Translations under genes and position numbers: made by a program
The notes under the pieces: generated by a model
Told to the model about the DNA's origin: nothing
Database searches by the model: none
The model's input: the letters and a program-made list of their open reading frames with translations, nothing else
NCBI GenBank assembly: GCA_963712115.1
Contig: CAVQGX010000018.1
Span: 1-64,000 of the forward strand
Source of the DNA: an uncultured delta proteobacterium
Lineage (GTDB): Bacteria > Desulfobacterota > Syntrophobacteria > BM002
Reading direction: 5' to 3'
DNA: 64,000 nt
Shown here: in pieces, positions 19,319 to 29,983 of the stretch
Layout: the number at the start of each line of letters is the position of its first letter
Numbering within the stretch: position 1 is the first letter of the stretch

Positions 19319-19378
19319 GAGTCACTTGCCTCCGGCGTCATTAGGTCACTACGCTCCGCTGTCATTTGTTGTAAGAGG
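19319..19378. repeat. 60-bp dispersed repeat (other copies 43083-43142, 51021-51080, inverted 55283-55342)
   Basis: GAGTCACTTGCCTTCGGCGTCATTAGGTCACTACGCTCCGCTGTCATT..TTGTAA. Confidence 0.9.
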
Positions 19379-19536
19379 TGGAAGCCAGAGGTCAGAAGTC
19401 GGAGGCCGGAAGTCAGAGGTCACCTGTAAATTTCGAATTGCGAATTTTTTAGCTGACAGCTGATCGCTGAGAGCTGAAAGCTAATCTCAACGGGCTAAAC
19501 CGGCAAGACTGGCTAAACTAATTGAGAGATTCTCGT

Positions 19537-19561
19537 GTAGGAGCGGCTTTCCAGCCGCGAT
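19537..19561. repeat. GTAG-type REP palindrome
   Basis: GTAGGAGCGGCTTTCCAGCCGCGAT; interrupted copy at 10460-10501. Confidence 0.7.
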
Positions 19562-19659
19562 CTAACGGTTTCAACGACTTGAACGATTTGAACGATTTGA
19601 ACGATTTGAACGACCAGGCATTTTAGACACTTTAGTTCAAACTTTAGGCATTTGTTCGC

Positions 19660-20997
19660 ATGGAAAACCTAGTCAACGAACTTTTCACCAAATTTAGACT
19701 CTTTCAGCAAATAGGTTACGTTCCCACGGCTGCAGTGGTGATGCTCGCTTGCGCTCTTGTGGTACTGAATTTCTTTGGGCTCATGTCGGGGCTTTATACC
19801 TTTCTGGAAAGAAAGGTTGCGGCCTGGACCAACTCCCGCAGAGGCCCAAACCGGGTGGGGCCTTACGGCCTGGTGCAATTTATGGCTGATGGGGTAAAGC
19901 TCATCCTCAAAGAGGATATCATCCCCGCCGCTGCCGACCGGAATATTTTCAAGTTCGCCCCCTACTTACTCCTGCTGGGCACCGCCCTATCTTTCGTGGT
20001 GATCCCTTTTGGGCCGAAATGGATAATCAGCGACCTAAATATAGGAGTGTTATACCTGCTGGCCACGGGCTCCTTCACTGTGATTGGTCTGATCCTGGCG
20101 GGCTGGGCCTCCAACAACAAATATGCCCTTCTGGGCGGTATGCGCTCAGCCGCCCAGATTGTGAGTTACGAGATTCCCAACGCCCTGGCGATTTTGGTGG
20201 TGGTACTAGCAACCGGTAGCATGAGTATGCAGTCCATTATTGGGGCACAAGCCGGCGGCTTACACCACTGGTTTCTTTTTAGCAGCCCTTTCAGCTTTCT
20301 GGCCTTCTTCATCTATTTTATCTCGGCTATTGCCGAGATTAACCGGGTGCCCTTTGACATTCCCGAAGCAGAGTCAGAGCTTGTAGCCGGCTATAACATT
20401 GAATACAGCGCCATGCGGTTCGGTGTTTTTTTTGCGGCCGAGTTCGGCAACATCTACGTCGTCAGCGCGGTAGCGGTGACCTGTTTCCTCGGGGGCTGGC
20501 AACTGCCGCTACCAGTCGAGGTGGATGAACTGGGGCCAGTGGGTGATGCTCTGGGTCATTTCCTTGGCCGTTCTGATATTTTGATGCTTTTGCTGCTGGC
20601 AGCGTTGCCAGCCACCTATCTTGCCTGGAAGGCGTTGCGGGCCTTTGTTTGGGATGTCCGCCGCAAACGTACCTTTTTTGGCAGTCGGTTCGTGCGTTTT
20701 CAATCTGAACTGTTAATTCTGGGGCTTATTTTCGCCGGCGGTGGCTTGACCTTGGCTCTGCACCTGCCACTTAGAGGTCAACTTCCCACGATTTATCGCT
20801 TGATATTTCAATATATTGTGCCCTTTCTGGTCTTTTTTACCAAGGCCATGCTGATTTCTTTCGTAGTCCTCTGGTGGCGCTGGACCCTGCCGAGGCTTCG
20901 GGTGGATCAGTTGATGGGGGTGTGCTGGAAGTATCTCATCCCATTGGGATTCTTCTGTCTTGTGGGACAGGGTTTCTGGCTGTGGCTTTTGAGCTAA
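19660..20997 (+). CDS. nuoH: NADH-quinone oxidoreductase subunit H (with insertion)
   Basis: ERKV..RRGPNRVG, SNNKYALLG.MR, R.PFDIPEAESELVAG, PRLRVDQLM. Confidence 0.95.
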   Translation: MENLVNELFTKFRLFQQIGYVPTAAVVMLACALVVLNFFGLMSGLYTFLERKVAAWTNSRRGPNRVGPYGLVQFMADGVKLILKEDIIPAAADRNIFKFAPYLLLLGTALSFVVIPFGPKWIISDLNIGVLYLLATGSFTVIGLILAGWASNNKYALLGGMRSAAQIVSYEIPNALAILVVVLATGSMSMQSIIGAQAGGLHHWFLFSSPFSFLAFFIYFISAIAEINRVPFDIPEAESELVAGYNIEYSAMRFGVFFAAEFGNIYVVSAVAVTCFLGGWQLPLPVEVDELGPVGDALGHFLGRSDILMLLLLAALPATYLAWKALRAFVWDVRRKRTFFGSRFVRFQSELLILGLIFAGGGLTLALHLPLRGQLPTIYRLIFQYIVPFLVFFTKAMLISFVVLWWRWTLPRLRVDQLMGVCWKYLIPLGFFCLVGQGFWLWLLS

Positions 20998-21006
20998 GGA
21001 GGAAAT

Positions 21007-21648
21007 TTGAAATTATTTGGCCACATCAAAGCCTACTTCCGTAACATCTATGAGGCTGTCACCACCATCTCCATGGGCATGTGGATCACTTTTAAGACAG
21101 CCTTTTTCGAGCGGAAGGTGACCCTTCAGTACCCCTCTCATGACATCCTCGAGGGCAAGCCCAAAGATGCATCGATTAAAACCAAAGGCAATTTGAATCC
21201 ACCCTTTGAGGCCCTCCTTGGGGCCAGCCAGCAGAAATACAAAGGACCCCTAAATACCCAACTGCCTGAACGGTACCGAGGACTGTTGGGCTACGACGAA
21301 CCCAGTTGCATATCCTGTCTTCTCTGTGCTCATAACTGTCCTATTGATGTAATCAGGGTTAAAGGCGTCAAGATTGAAGGCCGCAAAGGTAAGGCCCCAA
21401 CAACCTTTAGAATTGACTACTCCAAATGCATGTTCTGTGGCCTCTGCGTCGAGGTGTGCCCCACGGATGCTGTTTTTTTCACCCGTCAGTTTGAGGGGGC
21501 CACTTTCGATTACCGCACATTAATAAGGGAATTCATCAGTCCGGAACTTTCTTTGGAGCGGATGCAGCTTGCCGAAGAGGCCAAGAAGCAAGCCGAAAAG
21601 GAAAAAAAGAAAAGGGAAGATAAAGAGACTCCGGAGGTTGGAGATTAA
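21007..21648 (+). CDS. nuoI: NADH-quinone oxidoreductase subunit I
   Basis: Two CxxCxxCxxxCP motifs; T.QYP, RYRG. Confidence 0.93.
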   Translation: MKLFGHIKAYFRNIYEAVTTISMGMWITFKTAFFERKVTLQYPSHDILEGKPKDASIKTKGNLNPPFEALLGASQQKYKGPLNTQLPERYRGLLGYDEPSCISCLLCAHNCPIDVIRVKGVKIEGRKGKAPTTFRIDYSKCMFCGLCVEVCPTDAVFFTRQFEGATFDYRTLIREFISPELSLERMQLAEEAKKQAEKEKKKREDKETPEVGD

Positions 21649-21654
21649 GGGAAG

Positions 21655-22155
21655 ATGAAAGAAATTGTCCTTAATGTGTTTATTTTGTTGACGGTTGTTC
21701 CATGCTTATGGGTCGCCCTATCCAGCAATATCGTCCATGCAGCCTTTTCCTTGCTTGTGACTTTGTTTGGAGTTGCCGGCCTCTATGTGCTGCTGGGTGC
21801 AGACTTTATCGGTGTAGTGCAGGTAATTGTATACATTGGGGGAATTCTAGTCCTGATTATCTTCGGGGTGATGATGACCCAGAGAGGCAAGTTGTTGCCA
21901 CTATCCGTCCAGCTACCTGGTAGGTTTTTCGGCGGGCTCCTTAGCTCCATCATCCTTGTAGCTTTGATATTGGCGGCAAGGAGATCTCAGTGGCCTGCGG
22001 CGGCTTCTTTAGGAGAGCCCGAACCCACATCGGCAGCCATTGGTGATTTGCTTCTGGGTAAGTATCTCGTTGCCTTTGAAGTTGCTTCTGTTCTGCTACT
22101 CGTTGCCCTGGTGGGGGCTGTCTTGATCGTCAGGAGGAGTGTGAGAGGAGAATAG
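21655..22155 (+). CDS. nuoJ: NADH-quinone oxidoreductase subunit J
   Basis: QVIVYIGGILVL, FEVASVLLL. Confidence 0.93.
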   Translation: MKEIVLNVFILLTVVPCLWVALSSNIVHAAFSLLVTLFGVAGLYVLLGADFIGVVQVIVYIGGILVLIIFGVMMTQRGKLLPLSVQLPGRFFGGLLSSIILVALILAARRSQWPAAASLGEPEPTSAAIGDLLLGKYLVAFEVASVLLLVALVGAVLIVRRSVRGE

Positions 22156-22157
22156 TC

Positions 22158-22481
22158 GTGTCCTACAGTCTTCCAAGTTTTCTAATTGTAAGTTCCCTAC
22201 TCTTTTGCCTGGGTATGTTCACCGTGCTCACCAGGAGGAACGCCATTGGCGTTCTCATGGGAATCGAACTGATTCTAAATGGAGCTGGCCTCAACTTCGT
22301 TGCCTTTTCTCGCTTTCTCCAACCGTCTCAGACGGCAAGCCTTCTGAGTGGTCAGGTTTTTACTTTATTCATCATTGCCATTGCCGCAGCAGAGGTGGCC
22401 GTGGCCTTGGCCATTGTCCTTGTCCTATACAGCCAGATGAGGACTATTGATGTGGAAGATTTCAAGGAGCTTCGAGGCTAG
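22158..22481 (+). CDS. nuoK: NADH-quinone oxidoreductase subunit K
   Basis: RRN..LMGIELILN, AAAEVAVALA. Confidence 0.95.
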   Translation: MSYSLPSFLIVSSLLFCLGMFTVLTRRNAIGVLMGIELILNGAGLNFVAFSRFLQPSQTASLLSGQVFTLFIIAIAAAEVAVALAIVLVLYSQMRTIDVEDFKELRG

Positions 22482-22539
22482 AGTTCTAGCCTTTCTTGAC
22501 AGCCTTGGCTTTAGCAAACTTTCAGTAAATTTGGACAAG

Positions 22540-22675
22540 ATGAAATTCGAAATCCCAATTTCTCAATGTTCAAAACAGGTGTGGAGGCGAAGACTTAGGT
22601 ATTTCTTGTTTTGATCATTTGGATTTTGGACATTCGGATTTGTTTCGAATTTAGATATTAGGATTTCGGATTTAA
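22540..22675. repeat. Empty inverted pair of ATTTCGG-type heptamer arms (sister locus 44545-44705)
   Basis: AAATTCGAAATCC...TCAATGTTCAAAAC facing GTTTTG...GGATTTGTTTCGAATTTAGATATTAGGATTTCGGATTT. Confidence 0.75.
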
Positions 22676-22718
22676 CAAGTGGACTCGAGCATTTGAGACC
22701 TGAATTTCCTAGACTGCT

Positions 22719-24800
22719 ATGAACGGCTTGACTGATCCTGTAATCATAAGAAAAAGCCTTTGGCTGATTCCCTGCCTTCCCCTGGCGGGAGCTGTAATCA
22801 ACGGGCTGCTGCGAAGACGGTTACCTGCCCGGCTGATACACATCATCGGCTGTGCCAGTGTCTTTTTTGCTTTCCTGGTCTCAGTAAGTGGGTTCATCAC
22901 CCTGGTTAGGATTGAGGAGCCTCACAACCGACTCCTGATTCAGTCACTCTATCAGTGGCTACTGACCGTCTGGGATCAAGGTCGCTTCAGTCTGGACGTA
23001 GCTTTCAGGCTGGATCCCCTTTCAGCAGCACTATGTCTGGTGGTCACCGGCGTAGGGTTTCTCATCCACCTCTACTCAGTGGGTTACATGGCTGGCGACG
23101 AAAGCCAAGGGCGTTATTTTGCCTATCTGAATCTTTTTACCTTTTCCATGCTGCTTCTGGTCCTTGCCGACAACTTGCTGCTTATGTTCGTTGGTTGGGA
23201 GGGAGTGGGCCTCTGCTCCTATCTGCTCATCGGCTTCTGGTTCAGTGATCTGGAAAAGGCGCAGGCTGGCATGAAGGCTTTCATTGTCAACCGGGTGGGA
23301 GATTTTGGTTTCTTTGTGGGGTTGATGCTCCTGTTTTGGACTCTTTTTGAAGGCAGCAGTGGCGGGGTAAGCGGCTTGGGCTTTAATGAGCTGAGAGAGG
23401 CCATACCCTTACTTGGTTCGGCCAGTCCCGTTTTGGGAATCGGGGTTGCCACCTGGATAGCCCTGTTGTTTTTTGTGGGCGCCACCGGGAAATCAGCCCA
23501 GATTCCCCTCTATATCTGGCTTCCAGATGCCATGGCCGGCCCTACCCCGGTGAGTGCTTTCATTCATGCGGCAACTATGGTTACGGCCGGAGTTTATATG
23601 ATTGTCCGGCTCAATTTCCTTTACGCTATCTCCCCAGTTGCCATGACAGTGGTGGCAGTGGTGGGAGCGGTGACCGCATTTTATGCGGCCACCATTGCCC
23701 TGACCCAGAACGACATCAAACGGGTCCTGGCCTATTCTACTATCAGCCAGTTGGGTTACATGTTCCTGGCTGTGGGGGTGGCGGCCTTCAGCACGGGAAT
23801 TTTCCATTTGGTGACTCATGCCTTCTTCAAAGCTCTGCTCTTTCTGGGAGCCGGGAGTGTAATCCATGCAGTACACAGCAACGATATGCAGGAGATGGGT
23901 GGGCTGAAAAAATACCTGCCTTACACCTACCTAACTTTTATGACAGCCTACTTGGCTATATCCGGAATACCCCCGTTCTCGGGATTTATGAGCAAAGACG
24001 AGATCTTGTGGGCTACCTTTAACAGTCACCTTTCCATTCCTGGCCTTGGCAAAGTACTCTGGGCTCTCGGTCTGCTGGGTGCAGGGTTTACGGCTTTTTA
24101 TATGACTCGATTAGTGGCACTGACCTTTATGGGTACTTTCCGGGGCGGTCCAGACAAAGAGAAACATCTGCACGAGTCGCCTCTGGTAATGACCATTCCA
24201 CTCATGATTCTGGCTGTGCTTTCCGCGGTGGGAGGAGCAATAGGGTTGCCGGCAGTAACTCACTTGCCCAATCTGCTGCACAGTTTCTTAAGTCCGGTGC
24301 TTGGCGGTCACGGGACCTCAGGCCACGAGGTCCACGCTTACGGCCTGGAAGTTTTGCTCATGTTGATATCCACTGGAGTGGCTCTCACCGGCATCGGTCT
24401 GGGGTACCATTTTTACCTAAAGAGGCCAGAGTTGCCGGGTCAGATCAAAGCCCGTTTCGTGGGAATGCATCGGCTGCTTTTCAATAAGTACTATGTGGAT
24501 GAAATCTATCAAGCCCTTTTCCTGCGGCCGGTGTTAAAGCTGGTGGCACTTAGTGGTCGCTTTGACCTCAAAGGTATAGACGGTGCGGTTAATCTTTCTT
24601 CCAGGATTACGGCCAAGTTCTCTTTTCTCGTGGGCTGGGAAGATTTGACCATAGTAGATGGCGCAGTTAATGGCCTGGCAGATATCTTCAAGAGATGGGG
24701 TGCATGGATTAGGCATATGCAGACCGGAAGGATACAGCACTACCTCTATTCGGTGGTTTTAGGGATATTCGGTCTGTGCGCGTTCATGTTGTTGTTTTAG
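22719..24800 (+). CDS. nuoL: NADH-quinone oxidoreductase subunit L
   Basis: GWEGVG, NRVGD, GKSAQ.PL..WLPDAMAGPTPVSA..HAATMV. Confidence 0.97.
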   Translation: MNGLTDPVIIRKSLWLIPCLPLAGAVINGLLRRRLPARLIHIIGCASVFFAFLVSVSGFITLVRIEEPHNRLLIQSLYQWLLTVWDQGRFSLDVAFRLDPLSAALCLVVTGVGFLIHLYSVGYMAGDESQGRYFAYLNLFTFSMLLLVLADNLLLMFVGWEGVGLCSYLLIGFWFSDLEKAQAGMKAFIVNRVGDFGFFVGLMLLFWTLFEGSSGGVSGLGFNELREAIPLLGSASPVLGIGVATWIALLFFVGATGKSAQIPLYIWLPDAMAGPTPVSAFIHAATMVTAGVYMIVRLNFLYAISPVAMTVVAVVGAVTAFYAATIALTQNDIKRVLAYSTISQLGYMFLAVGVAAFSTGIFHLVTHAFFKALLFLGAGSVIHAVHSNDMQEMGGLKKYLPYTYLTFMTAYLAISGIPPFSGFMSKDEILWATFNSHLSIPGLGKVLWALGLLGAGFTAFYMTRLVALTFMGTFRGGPDKEKHLHESPLVMTIPLMILAVLSAVGGAIGLPAVTHLPNLLHSFLSPVLGGHGTSGHEVHAYGLEVLLMLISTGVALTGIGLGYHFYLKRPELPGQIKARFVGMHRLLFNKYYVDEIYQALFLRPVLKLVALSGRFDLKGIDGAVNLSSRITAKFSFLVGWEDLTIVDGAVNGLADIFKRWGAWIRHMQTGRIQHYLYSVVLGIFGLCAFMLLF

Positions 24801-24877
24801 GAGATCGCAGGGTGGATTAAGTGGAGCGAATCCACCGTAAGCTGGCTAGATAAAGAATCAGAGAAAAGGAGAAAACA

Positions 24878-26383
24878 TTGATGGTGCCTGAGCACATCTT
24901 GTCTTGGATGATCTTTTTCCCGCTTATTGGGGCCGGGCTGATCCTTTTCGTGCCCAAAAGGTATCCCACCTTGATGAAAGTGATTGCCCTGCTTGCGACC
25001 GTTCCTCCTCTGTGGTGGGCGGCTAACCTATACGTTAGTTTTGATCGCTGGGATAATGGTTTCCAGTACGTGGAAAAGGTCCCTTGGATCGAGGCCTTCA
25101 ATATTCACTATTTTCTCGGCATAGATGGCATCAGCATCCCCATGATATTGCTTACGGCTCTCCTTACCTTTATCTGTGTCATTGCCTCATGGAATATTAA
25201 CGAACACGTCCGGGGCTATTTCATCCTCTTTCTCCTCCTAGATACGAGTATGGTTGGAGTTTTCTCTGCCCTAGACTTCTTCCTTTTCTATGTATTTTGG
25301 GAACTCATGCTTCTTCCCATGTATTTTCTCATCGGGGTATGGGGTGGACCCAAGAAGGAGTATGCTGCTATAAAGTTTTTCCTTTTTACCCTAGTGGGCA
25401 GTGTGTTCATGCTTGTGGTCATGCTGGTCTTCTATTTTGGTTCGGTGGAGCCGGCCACCGGCCTGCACTCCTTTGACCTCACCATTCTTGCTGACCAGTC
25501 CGTGCACCAGTCTTTCCTCATGAGCCGCAATATTCGCTGGCTCTGCTACCTGGGTTTGTTCATTGGTTTTGCCATCAAGATCCCTTTGGTGCCATTTCAC
25601 ACCTGGCTACCGGATGCCCACGTGGAGGCGCCCACTGCCATAAGCGTCATCCTGGCTGGGGTTCTATTGAAGATGGGAACCTATGGGCTCTTGCGGATTT
25701 CCTACCCCTTGCTACCGGATATGGCCATGGCTTTTGCCCTATATGCGGCTCTCTTTGGCTTGGTGAGCATTATTTATGGTGCCCTGTGTGCCATGGCGCA
25801 GCAGGACATGAAAAAACTTATAGCCTATTCCAGCATCAGCCATATGGGCTTTGTCATGTTGGGCATGTCAGTATTTAGCAATACCACGGCGATAAACGGG
25901 GCGGTGCTGCAGATGTTCAACCACGGCACTGTCACCGCCATGCTCTTTTTGCTGGTGGGAGTGATTTATGATCGGGCACACCATCGCGATATTGATGGCT
26001 TCGGCGGTCTGGCCAAGACCATGCCTATTTATGCCGCCTACACCGGCCTGGCCTTCTTTGCTGCCCTGGGGCTGCCTGGACTGTCCAGCTTTATAAGTGA
26101 AGCACTGGTTCTAGTTGGCTGCTTCCAGCAGTACAAGATAATCACCATCACTGCCACCAGCGGCATTATCCTGACCGCCGGCTATTTTCTCTGGACCATG
26201 CAACGCGTGTTTCTGGGACCTCTCAACAAAAAGTATGCCGAGCTTCCAGAAATCAGTCTGCGGGAGGCATTTACCTTGACGCCCCTGGCCCTCATTGTCA
26301 TCTTGTTGGGTTTCTATCCCATGCCGGTGCTGGATTTGATCGGTACAACCTTGAAGCACACGGTGGCCATGGTGGTTGGGTAA
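24878..26383 (+). CDS. nuoM: NADH-quinone oxidoreductase subunit M
   Basis: FWE..L.PMY, K.P..PFHTWLPDAHVEAP, AYSSISHMG. Confidence 0.97.
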   Translation: MMVPEHILSWMIFFPLIGAGLILFVPKRYPTLMKVIALLATVPPLWWAANLYVSFDRWDNGFQYVEKVPWIEAFNIHYFLGIDGISIPMILLTALLTFICVIASWNINEHVRGYFILFLLLDTSMVGVFSALDFFLFYVFWELMLLPMYFLIGVWGGPKKEYAAIKFFLFTLVGSVFMLVVMLVFYFGSVEPATGLHSFDLTILADQSVHQSFLMSRNIRWLCYLGLFIGFAIKIPLVPFHTWLPDAHVEAPTAISVILAGVLLKMGTYGLLRISYPLLPDMAMAFALYAALFGLVSIIYGALCAMAQQDMKKLIAYSSISHMGFVMLGMSVFSNTTAINGAVLQMFNHGTVTAMLFLLVGVIYDRAHHRDIDGFGGLAKTMPIYAAYTGLAFFAALGLPGLSSFISEALVLVGCFQQYKIITITATSGIILTAGYFLWTMQRVFLGPLNKKYAELPEISLREAFTLTPLALIVILLGFYPMPVLDLIGTTLKHTVAMVVG

Positions 26384-26562
26384 AGAGCAGGCAGCTGCCA
26401 GCAGGCAGCAAGGAGAACTCAGAGGTCAGAGATCAGATGTCAGAGGTCGGGGGGATAGCTGATCTCTGATCTCCGACTTCTGACCTCTGTGATGGACGAC
26501 TTCAACGACTTGAACGGCTTTAACGATTTCGACGAATCCGTGACAAAGGGGAAAGCAAGATA

Positions 26563-28056
26563 ATGATACCTGAGAACTTTATACGTAGTAACCTCCAGGG
26601 GATCCCCTTTGTCGGTCCGGAGATCATTCTCGCGGCGGCAATAATTATCCTTCTCATAGTGGGGGTGATTCTGCCTTATTGGCGCCACCGTCTGGTGTTT
26701 ACAGTCTTGGCTCTTTTGGGTCTGGCAGGATCGCTCTTGCCCTTATGGAAGCTGCCAACACCCCAGCCAAACCTGACCTATCTCTCGGGACTTTTCGTTT
26801 GGGATTGGTTGACCTTTTTCTTTAAACCTTTTTTCGTGGTTGCAGGTGGTTTTGTCATCCTTTTGACTCAGGGTAGCAAAGAGATCGACAACGTGGAGTA
26901 CAGCGAGTGCATGGTTCTAGTGCTGGCTGTCACCATGGGCATGATGCTTTTAGTTGCCGCCACCGATCTGCTGATGATCTTTCTTGCCTTCGAGACCATG
27001 GGAATCTTGAGTTACCTACTGGTAGGTATGAGGGCCGGGGATGTTCGCAGTGGTGAGGCTGCTTTGAAATACGTGCTTTACGGTGCCTTTACTTCCGGCA
27101 TTATGCTCTTTGGCTTCTCCCTTCTCTTCGGGCTTGCTGGGACCACCGACCTTTTGGAAATCGGCCGGCAGGTTGTGGCGGCCAGCCAAAATCCTCAAGA
27201 CAAGATCCTGCTGATCGTGGCGGTGTTGTTTTTTCTGGCCGGCTTGCTCTTTAAAACCGCCTCATTCCCTTTTCACTTCTGGTGTCCTGATGTTTACGAG
27301 GGGGCACCGACACCTATTACTGCCTTTCTGAGTGTGGGCCCCAAGGCAGCAGGCTTTGCCCTTTTCATCCGGCTTTTTTATCCCCTTTTCGCCACCAGTG
27401 GAGAAGGAGGAATGTACGAGTCTATTTCCGGTGTGGACTGGCCGTCGATGCTGGCCTTGGTCTCCGCCCTAACCATGACCCTCGGAAATTTGGCCGCAAT
27501 TCATCAAAACAATCTTAAGCGCCTTCTCGCCTATTCGAGCATCGCCCATGCCGGCTATCTGTTAATGGGAATCGTCGCCTTGAGCGACTTCGGGCTGCGA
27601 GCGGTGATTTTTTACTTGGTGGTTTATCTTTTCATGAACCTCGGAGCTTTTGCGGTAGTAGCTCTGGTTGCCAGCGCCGGGGGAAGCGACGAGATTGATT
27701 CCTACCGTGGCCTGGGGAGCAGGGCGCCCTACCTGTGTGTAGCCATGGCTATATTTCTCTTTTCACTAATCGGTCTTCCGCCCTTTGCTGGGTTTGTGGG
27801 CAAGGTCTATCTCTTTGCGGCGGTCATTTACAAAAAGATTTACTGGTTGGCGGTAGTAGCGGCTCTAAACACGGTGGTTTCCCTTTACTACTATTTGCGG
27901 GTGGTCAAGGCCATGTTTTTTGAAAAGCCCACTGAAGCAAGCCAGATGCAGGTTTCCCTCGGCTCCCAGGCGTTACTTTTAGCCTTGTTGGTTCCCACCC
28001 TGGGTTTGGGCATATACTGGCAACCTCTGGCCAAGGTCGTCAGCGGGATGTTTTAA
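26563..28056 (+). CDS. nuoN: NADH-quinone oxidoreductase subunit N
   Basis: EAALKY, PFHFWCPDVYEGAP, KRLLAYSSIAHAGY. Confidence 0.97.
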   Translation: MIPENFIRSNLQGIPFVGPEIILAAAIIILLIVGVILPYWRHRLVFTVLALLGLAGSLLPLWKLPTPQPNLTYLSGLFVWDWLTFFFKPFFVVAGGFVILLTQGSKEIDNVEYSECMVLVLAVTMGMMLLVAATDLLMIFLAFETMGILSYLLVGMRAGDVRSGEAALKYVLYGAFTSGIMLFGFSLLFGLAGTTDLLEIGRQVVAASQNPQDKILLIVAVLFFLAGLLFKTASFPFHFWCPDVYEGAPTPITAFLSVGPKAAGFALFIRLFYPLFATSGEGGMYESISGVDWPSMLALVSALTMTLGNLAAIHQNNLKRLLAYSSIAHAGYLLMGIVALSDFGLRAVIFYLVVYLFMNLGAFAVVALVASAGGSDEIDSYRGLGSRAPYLCVAMAIFLFSLIGLPPFAGFVGKVYLFAAVIYKKIYWLAVVAALNTVVSLYYYLRVVKAMFFEKPTEASQMQVSLGSQALLLALLVPTLGLGIYWQPLAKVVSGMF

Positions 28057-28057
28057 A

Positions 28058-29983
28058 ATGTGGTACCGCAGCCTCGGATTCAAGCTGATTTGCACGGTGA
28101 GTGCCATCGCCATTCTGGTCATAGGTGTTTACGCCACGGTAAACATCAATACCCAGAGAAACCAACTCATCCATCAAGTCATCCAAAGCACCAGTCTGGT
28201 GAGTGACACCATCAAGCGCAGTATGCGCTATGACATGCTCAAGTATCAGCCCGAGAGGCTCCATCGCGCTATTGACACCATTGGCGGGCAGGAAGGGATT
28301 GAGAAGGTGCGTATCTTCAATTACCTGGGGGAGATAATCTATTCTTCCGACCGCAAAGAAATGGGCGCCATGGTAGATAAATCTTCCGAGCAATGCTACG
28401 CCTGTCACGCCAGAGAAAAGCCCTTCGAACGCTTGACTACCTCCGCTAGAAGTCGAATCTTTGAAACAACTGCCGGCCATCGGGTCCTAGGAATGATTAA
28501 CCCCATTTACAACGAGTCCGACTGCTATTCGGCCTCCTGCCACGTTCATCCCCAGGAACAAAAGGTCCTTGGGGTCCTCGATATTGATGTGTCCTTGGCT
28601 GATGTGGACAGGGTGATCATTAGCAGCAAAAAAAAGATGAGCCTTTTCGCCGTGGTGGCGATTCTCGCAATCTCTCTGACAATAGGTCTCTTTATCCAGC
28701 GTTTTGTCAGTCGACCGGTGAAGCACCTTTTGAGAGGAACCGAAAGAGTTGCTGCCGGTGACCTCTCCACTCCCCTTGAAATTTCGTCCGCCAATGAGAT
28801 TGGCACCCTGGCTAGCTCCTTCGACCAAATGACCCAGCGGTTACAGGGCTCTGAGCAGGAGCTAAAGACTTCCGAGGAAAAGTACCGCTCTCTCTTTGAC
28901 AATGACCCCAATCCCATTTTTGTTTTTGATCGCTCGACCTTCCAGATTATTGACGCCAACATCCGTGCTAGCGAGAAGTATGGTTACTCCAAAGAGGAGT
29001 TGCTCCAGATGTCTTTCCGCGACCTGGGTGATCCAGAAGATGCTGAGAAGATTAGGTCATCTGTGGTGGAGGCGTGTATCTTCTTGCCCAAGGTAAGACA
29101 TCGCAAAAAAGATGGCAGCATAATGCACGTGGACATCCATTCCTGCCCTCGGGTACATCTGGGCGAAGATGTGATTATTGCCAATATTGCTGACATTAGC
29201 GACAGTATCCAGGCAGAGGCTCAACTGATCCAGGCAAGTAAGATGGCCACTCTTGGAGAGATGTCTGCAGGGGTGGCCCATGAGTTAAACCAACCCTTGA
29301 ATGCCATTCGTATCGGCAGTGACCTGCTTAAGAAAGTGGTGGATCGCGGCGAGAGACTCGAGCCTGACCTGGCGGGCAAGGTTTCTCGCGAGATCAGTGC
29401 CCAGGTAGAGCGTGCGGCCAACATTATCAATCATCTGAGGGAATTCGGCCGAAAAAGCGAGTCGGGCGAACTGGAAAAGGTGAACATCAACAAACCCATC
29501 AGAGACGTGTTCACTGTGCTAGGGCAGCAACTTAAGCTCAGACAGATCAAAGTGAATCTGGATTTAGATGAAAACCTTCCTCCTGTTTATGGGGTTAGTA
29601 ACCGATTGGAACAGGTATTTATCAATCTGGTTATGAATGCCAGGGACGCCATAGAGGAAATGCTGGAAAAGGGTTATGAGAAAGAGCGAGAAGGACTCTT
29701 GACCATACGTACATACCAGGAAAAGGGCAGGGTGGTGGCCGTTGTCAGGGATAATGGTAGCGGTATGCCAGAGCGCGTTAAGGAGAAGGTCTTCGAACCA
29801 TTTTTCACTACCAAGGATCTGGGCAGAGGGACAGGTTTAGGGCTCTCTATCAGCTATGGAATTATTAAGGATTATGAAGGCACCATAGAGGTGCAAAGCA
29901 TGCCCGGGAGTGGCACCATCTTCAAGATCAGCTTGCCTGGGCTTGCTAGCGAGGAAGACCTGCAAAAGGAAAGTTCGGCATGA
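28058..29983 (+). CDS. Membrane sensor histidine kinase (periplasmic CxxCH, HAMP, PAS)
   Basis: Two TM segments, CYACH and [30 protein letters not shown]. Confidence 0.92.
   Translation: MWYRSLGFKLICTVSAIAILVIGVYATVNINTQRNQLIHQVIQSTSLVSDTIKRSMRYDMLKYQPERLHRAIDTIGGQEGIEKVRIFNYLGEIIYSSDRKEMGAMVDKSSEQCYACHAREKPFERLTTSARSRIFETTAGHRVLGMINPIYNESDCYSASCHVHPQEQKVLGVLDIDVSLADVDRVIISSKKKMSLFAVVAILAISLTIGLFIQRFVSRPVKHLLRGTERVAAGDLSTPLEISSANEIGTLASSFDQMTQRLQGSEQELKTSEEKYRSLFDNDPNPIFVFDRSTFQIIDANIRASEKYGYSKEELLQMSFRDLGDPEDAEKIRSSVVEACIFLPKVRHRKKDGSIMHVDIHSCPRVHLGEDVIIANIADISDSIQAEAQLIQASKMATLGEMSAGVAHELNQPLNAIRIGSDLLKKVVDRGERLEPDLAGKVSREISAQVERAANIINHLREFGRKSESGELEKVNINKPIRDVFTVLGQQLKLRQIKVNLDLDENLPPVYGVSNRLEQVFINLVMNARDAIEEMLEKGYEKEREGLLTIRTYQEKGRVVAVVRDNGSGMPERVKEKVFEPFFTTKDLGRGTGLGLSISYGIIKDYEGTIEVQSMPGSGTIFKISLPGLASEEDLQKESSA

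Noticed and set aside
19259-19655. CRISPR array in the repeat-rich spacers
   Set aside because: Units are 7-9 nt tandem repeats with no 25-45 nt repeat-spacer periodicity; no cas genes
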